Shown one piece after another: positions 48,401 through 52,042 of a DNA stretch of 52,042 bases. This DNA comes from Macrostomum lignano. Lineage: Eukaryota. A program made the position numbers and the translations under genes. Numbering within the stretch: position 1 is the first letter of the stretch; every line of letters starts with the position of its first letter. The stretch lies in contig NIVC01004276.1 in NCBI GenBank assembly GCA_002269645.1, positions 1-52,042 of the forward strand, given 5' to 3'. Under the pieces are notes generated by a model, which ran no database searches, was not told where the DNA came from, and saw only the letters and a list, made by a program, of their open reading frames with translations.

Positions 48401-49275
48401 GAAGTTTGCCGCCCCAAGGCTCATATCCAGCGATCCGGAGCGATGCGGAGACGCCGGCGGCGACCTCGAGTTCATGCCGAGGCAGGAGATGCTGGCAGCC
48501 ATTGCCGCTGGAGACTTTGTGGAGTTCCGGAGACTGGGCAACGATGTTGCTGGCGACGGGTGAGCAGGGACTCAAATCTCAGTGTCTTGGGTCTAACACC
48601 GGTGATTCTGAGGTGTCTAACACCGGTGATTCTGTGGTGTGGAGCTACAATCGGTGATTCTGAGGTGTCTAACACCGGTAAATCTGTGGTGTCTAACACC
48701 TGTGATTCTGTGTGATGCCTAACTCAGGTGCTGTCTAACACAGGTGCTGTCTAACACAGGTGCTGTCTAACACAGGTGCTATCTAACACCGGTGCTGTCC
48801 AACACAGGGGAACTGTTAGATATACATAAACTCATCTTTCACCTTCCCGAGCAGCGGAGACCTGATCGGCCTCAGCCTGGAGTCGGTCCGCGGCTCAGTC
48901 TCCACTGGCGCCTCATCCGGCCTCACCGTTGTCCTCGACTGCCACCCGTCGGCCGTGCGCCGCCTCCGCCTGGCGGAGTTGCGTCCGCTTGTGCTGTTCC
49001 TGGCCACCCCGGACGTGGCTGCCCAGCGCGAGCTGTTGGCCGAGGCGCAGTCCCTGGGCCTGGTGCCGGAGTCTGAGGAGCCCGGCTCCGAGCAGCAGCT
49101 GCAGGATGCTGTCAGACAGAGCGTCAAACTGGAGAAGCTGTACAGGCCGCTGTTCGATTCAGCAATCCTGTGCGACGGTTTGAGCAGCACTCAGACCGAG
49201 GTGCTCAACGCTGTTGCCACGGCCGAAGCGGAGGGCCGATGGGTGCCCGCGGGCTGGGTGGAACCCGAGATGTGA
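45497..49275 (+). CDS. p55-subfamily MAGUK (MPP2/MPP6/Varicose-like): L27-PDZ-SH3-HOOK-GUK
   Basis: Exons 45497 (or acceptor 45515)-47111, 48193-48559, 48855-49275 (phases 1,2). L27-like ALLQLLLSPHLAAL; PDZ PLGFT...GLHVGDIIREANG; SH3 FDYQPERDPLLPSPELGLRF; LIPSQTLEERRKAF; FDRAELALYEDV; GUK ending WVPAGWV. Confidence 0.88.
47240..47420 (+). mobile_element. 3'-truncated SINE copy (same family as 3376)
   Basis: ggggttgcagtctagtggttagagcg...ggttcgattctcgacccac...cagctgtaaaatgggtgccagc. Confidence 0.85.
47445..48160 (+). repeat. Intronic 21-bp minisatellite (gagtttattgaatctaagaag)
   Basis: Tandem units between the SINE and the MAGUK acceptor. Confidence 0.96.
48590..48800 (+). repeat. Intronic about 16-20-bp repeat (ggtgctgtctaacaca)
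   Basis: Tandem units in the last MAGUK intron. Confidence 0.85.
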
Positions 49276-49399
49276 TCTGGCAGCAGGTTTTGCTAACCTG
49301 GCTGTTTTTAGCGACAGCTTTAATTTTGCACCTGCATGTGCAACAAACTGGTCTAATTACTGCCATCTTCCACCTGCAAGTCGCATTAAATTTAGCAGT

Positions 49400-50180
49400 G
49401 GATGCTCCCATTGCGGCGCCCCTTTGATGCTCCATTGCGGCGCCCCTTTGATGCTCCCATTGCAGCGCCCCTTTGATGCTCCCATTGCGGCGCCCCTTTG
49501 ATGCTCCCATTGCGGTGCCCCTTTGATGCTCCCATTGCGGCGCCCCTTTGATGCTCCATTGCGGCGCCCCTTTGATGCTCCCATTGCAGCGCCCCTTTGA
49601 TGCTCCCATTGCGGCGCCCCTTTGATGCTCCCATTGCGGTGCCCCTTTGATGCTCCCATTGCGGCGCCCCTTTGATGCTCCATTGCGGCGCCCCTTTGAT
49701 GCTCCCATTGTGGCGCCCTTTGATGCTCCCATTTTGGCGCCCCTTTGATGCTCCCATTGTGGCGCCCTTTGATGCTCCCATTTTGGCGCCCCTTTGATGC
49801 TCCCATTGTGGCGCCCTTTGATGCTCCTATTGTGGCGCCCTTTGATGCTCCCATTGTGGCGCCCCTTTGATGCTCCCATTGTGGCGCCCCTTTGATGCTC
49901 CCATTGCGGTGCCCCTTTGATGCTCCATTGCGGCGCCCCTTTGATGCTCCATTGCGGCGCCCCTTTGATGCTCCCATTGCGGCGCCCCTTTGATGCTCCC
50001 ATTGTGGCGCCCTTTGATGCTCCCATTTTGGCGCCCCTTTGATGCTCCCATTGTGGCGCCCTTTGATGCTCCCATTTTGGCGCCCTTTGATGCTCCCATT
50101 GTGGCGCTCCTTGTGGCGCCCTTTGATGCTCCTATTGTGGCGCCCTTTGATGCTCCCATTGTGGTGCCCTTTGATGCTCC
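49400..50180 (+). repeat. 21/22-bp minisatellite (gcggcgcccctttgatgctcccatt) downstream of the MAGUK
   Basis: Direct reading. Confidence 0.96.
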
Positions 50181-51349
50181 GTTCCTGTGCGCTTCATCAG
50201 TTAAATATCCGGCTGTATTAACTGTGAATATAATTGATTTTGGTTATTGATTTACCTGAAATCTTTTTTTCGGCGAAATTTATTAGCTAAACAACTTATT
50301 TTTTGGTCATCATTGTTTTTATCACTATATATTGGCACGTTTTGTGCTCGTACACTTAATGACGTTCATTGATTATTTTGGTAACCTTTGCAGCTTATAA
50401 TTTATCCATTTCCTTTGGTTGGTGGCCTCATTTCAGTGCGAAATTAAAATTTCATTATCATTTCATTACATACACATATCAAAATCGCTCCAATTTTTTT
50501 CTGGGGTTCAAAATCACGACCATTCATTTAAATTCAAATTGGTGCCAATTTAATTCTGAAAAAAAAAATCACGAAAATTTCATTCGAAAATTTAAATTGG
50601 CGCAAATTTTGCTCCGGGAATTAAAATTAGGACTTTTCATGTCGTTTTAAGTCAAAACGGTGCCAATTATATTTCAAAACTCTAAAAGCATATTTTTCAT
50701 TCCAGATTCTAAAATTTCGGCTATCGTGACAATCCCAACTTTGGTTGAAAAGTTGATAAAATTTAAAAAAAATTCCTCTAAATACTCGTAGCTTTTAAGC
50801 AACTGTACTAATAATTAGTACTGACGACATAAAATTTCATATTTCAAAGCAATCAACACTGTTGTTAGGAACCGTTTATCACGTGTAAAAATTTTATTTC
50901 AATATCATTTGTTTATGCAATAATTTGTTAAAGCCTTTTTTAAATGCGCACTTTTGTTTTGCATCAGTACAAGTTTGTACTTAATTATTTACTAATTGAT
51001 TCAACCTCATTAGACCCTCCAGACGGAATATTAAATATTTAGTGTTTACCTCGTAAAACTCTCGTTTATCATGACTACATTATAAAATAAACACTTTGCA
51101 GGCAAACACATTCCGTATGATATGTTGTGCTGCATTATTGCCGTTTTAAATGACTAAAGAAACAGAAACAGTTAATTAACTTCTTCAATATGCTGAATTT
51201 TCTGTCTATGCGAGGACGACTTTAGTAGACAATCTCGTTTCGTTAAAAACAATTTAAGAGCTGTTTTTTTGTAAAGCTTTATTTGTACCAATTAGAGATT
51301 TATAAAACTTGTATATATTTTCATGCATCTGTCAAAAGTCGCAAAATCT

Positions 51350-51790
51350 GCTAGCTGTCTATGGGCCAAGCCCTCAGCACAGCTGCTCAATGAGCTTTGC
51401 AAACTGTCTATGGGCCAAGCCCCCTCCCTAATTTCGCTCATTGAGCTTTGCAAACTGTCTATGGGCCAAAGCCCCCCTCCCTAATTTCGCTCAATGAGCT
51501 TTGCAAACTGTCTATGGGCCAAGCCCCCTCTCCCTAATTTCGCTCAATGAGCTTTGCAAACTGTCTATGGGCCAAAGCCCCCTCCCTAACTTCGCTCAAT
51601 GAGCTTTGCAAACTGTCTATGGGCCAAAGCCCCCTCCCTAACTTCGCTCAATGGGCTTTGCAAACTGTCTATTGGGCCAAGCCCCTCCCTAATTCCGCTC
51701 AATGGCTTTGCAAACTGTCTATGGGCCAAGCCTTCCTCTCTAATTTCGCTCAATGAGCTTTGCAAACTGAGCTTTGCCCTGAGCACAGCT
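51350..51790 (+). repeat. About 51-bp tandem repeat (gctcaatgagctttgcaaactgtctatgggccaagcc...)
   Basis: About eight degenerate tandem units. Confidence 0.93.
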
Positions 51791-52042
51791 GCTCAATAAG
51801 ACACCCCCGGTACCCAAGTGCAAATGAATGAAAAAATTTTTCGAATTAATTCGCAACAATGCTTTGATTATTCTGCTGCTACAAATCCAACAAAACAAGA
51901 ATTGAAAGCAGATAAGAATGTTTTTTCAAGTGTAATTTATTAACAAACTAATTTAGGAATGGAAATAAAATGGAGATGGAACGCATTTCTTTGCAATTGT
52001 TTTATTAAGAAAGCCAAGTCCAAACAATTATTTAAGTAACAA

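Noticed and set aside
47529-50250. Leucine-zipper-like and (GASKG)n ORFs
   Set aside because: Translations of the 21-bp and 21/22-bp arrays.

Overview
Eukaryotic genomic DNA. GC-rich exons, short GT-AG introns and introns filled with minisatellites suggest a free-living flatworm such as Macrostomum (inference from style; no database check). Exon structures were assembled by hand from splice signals and phase matching. Genes: a single-exon rhodopsin-type peptide GPCR (+); a two-exon secreted, probably amidated neuropeptide precursor missed by the ORF track (-); an RNF217-like transmembrane RBR E3 ligase with an extra IBR-RING2 pair (-); a short CEP164-WW-like gene (-); a frameshifted LRAT/PLAAT-like fragment (+); GPAA1 (-, 7 exons); LRRC9 (+, 5 exons, no genomic ATG found); an uncharacterised coiled-coil/C2-like gene (+); SAMD15-like (+); and an MPP2/MPP6-like MAGUK (+). 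There are five copies of a tRNA-derived SINE and about 15 different tandem arrays. Top leads: the NPY-fold-like precursor lying tail-to-tail with the orphan GPCR; an LRRC9 start codon possibly supplied by the flatworm spliced-leader AUG within a putative operon; and the five-module RBR ligase.
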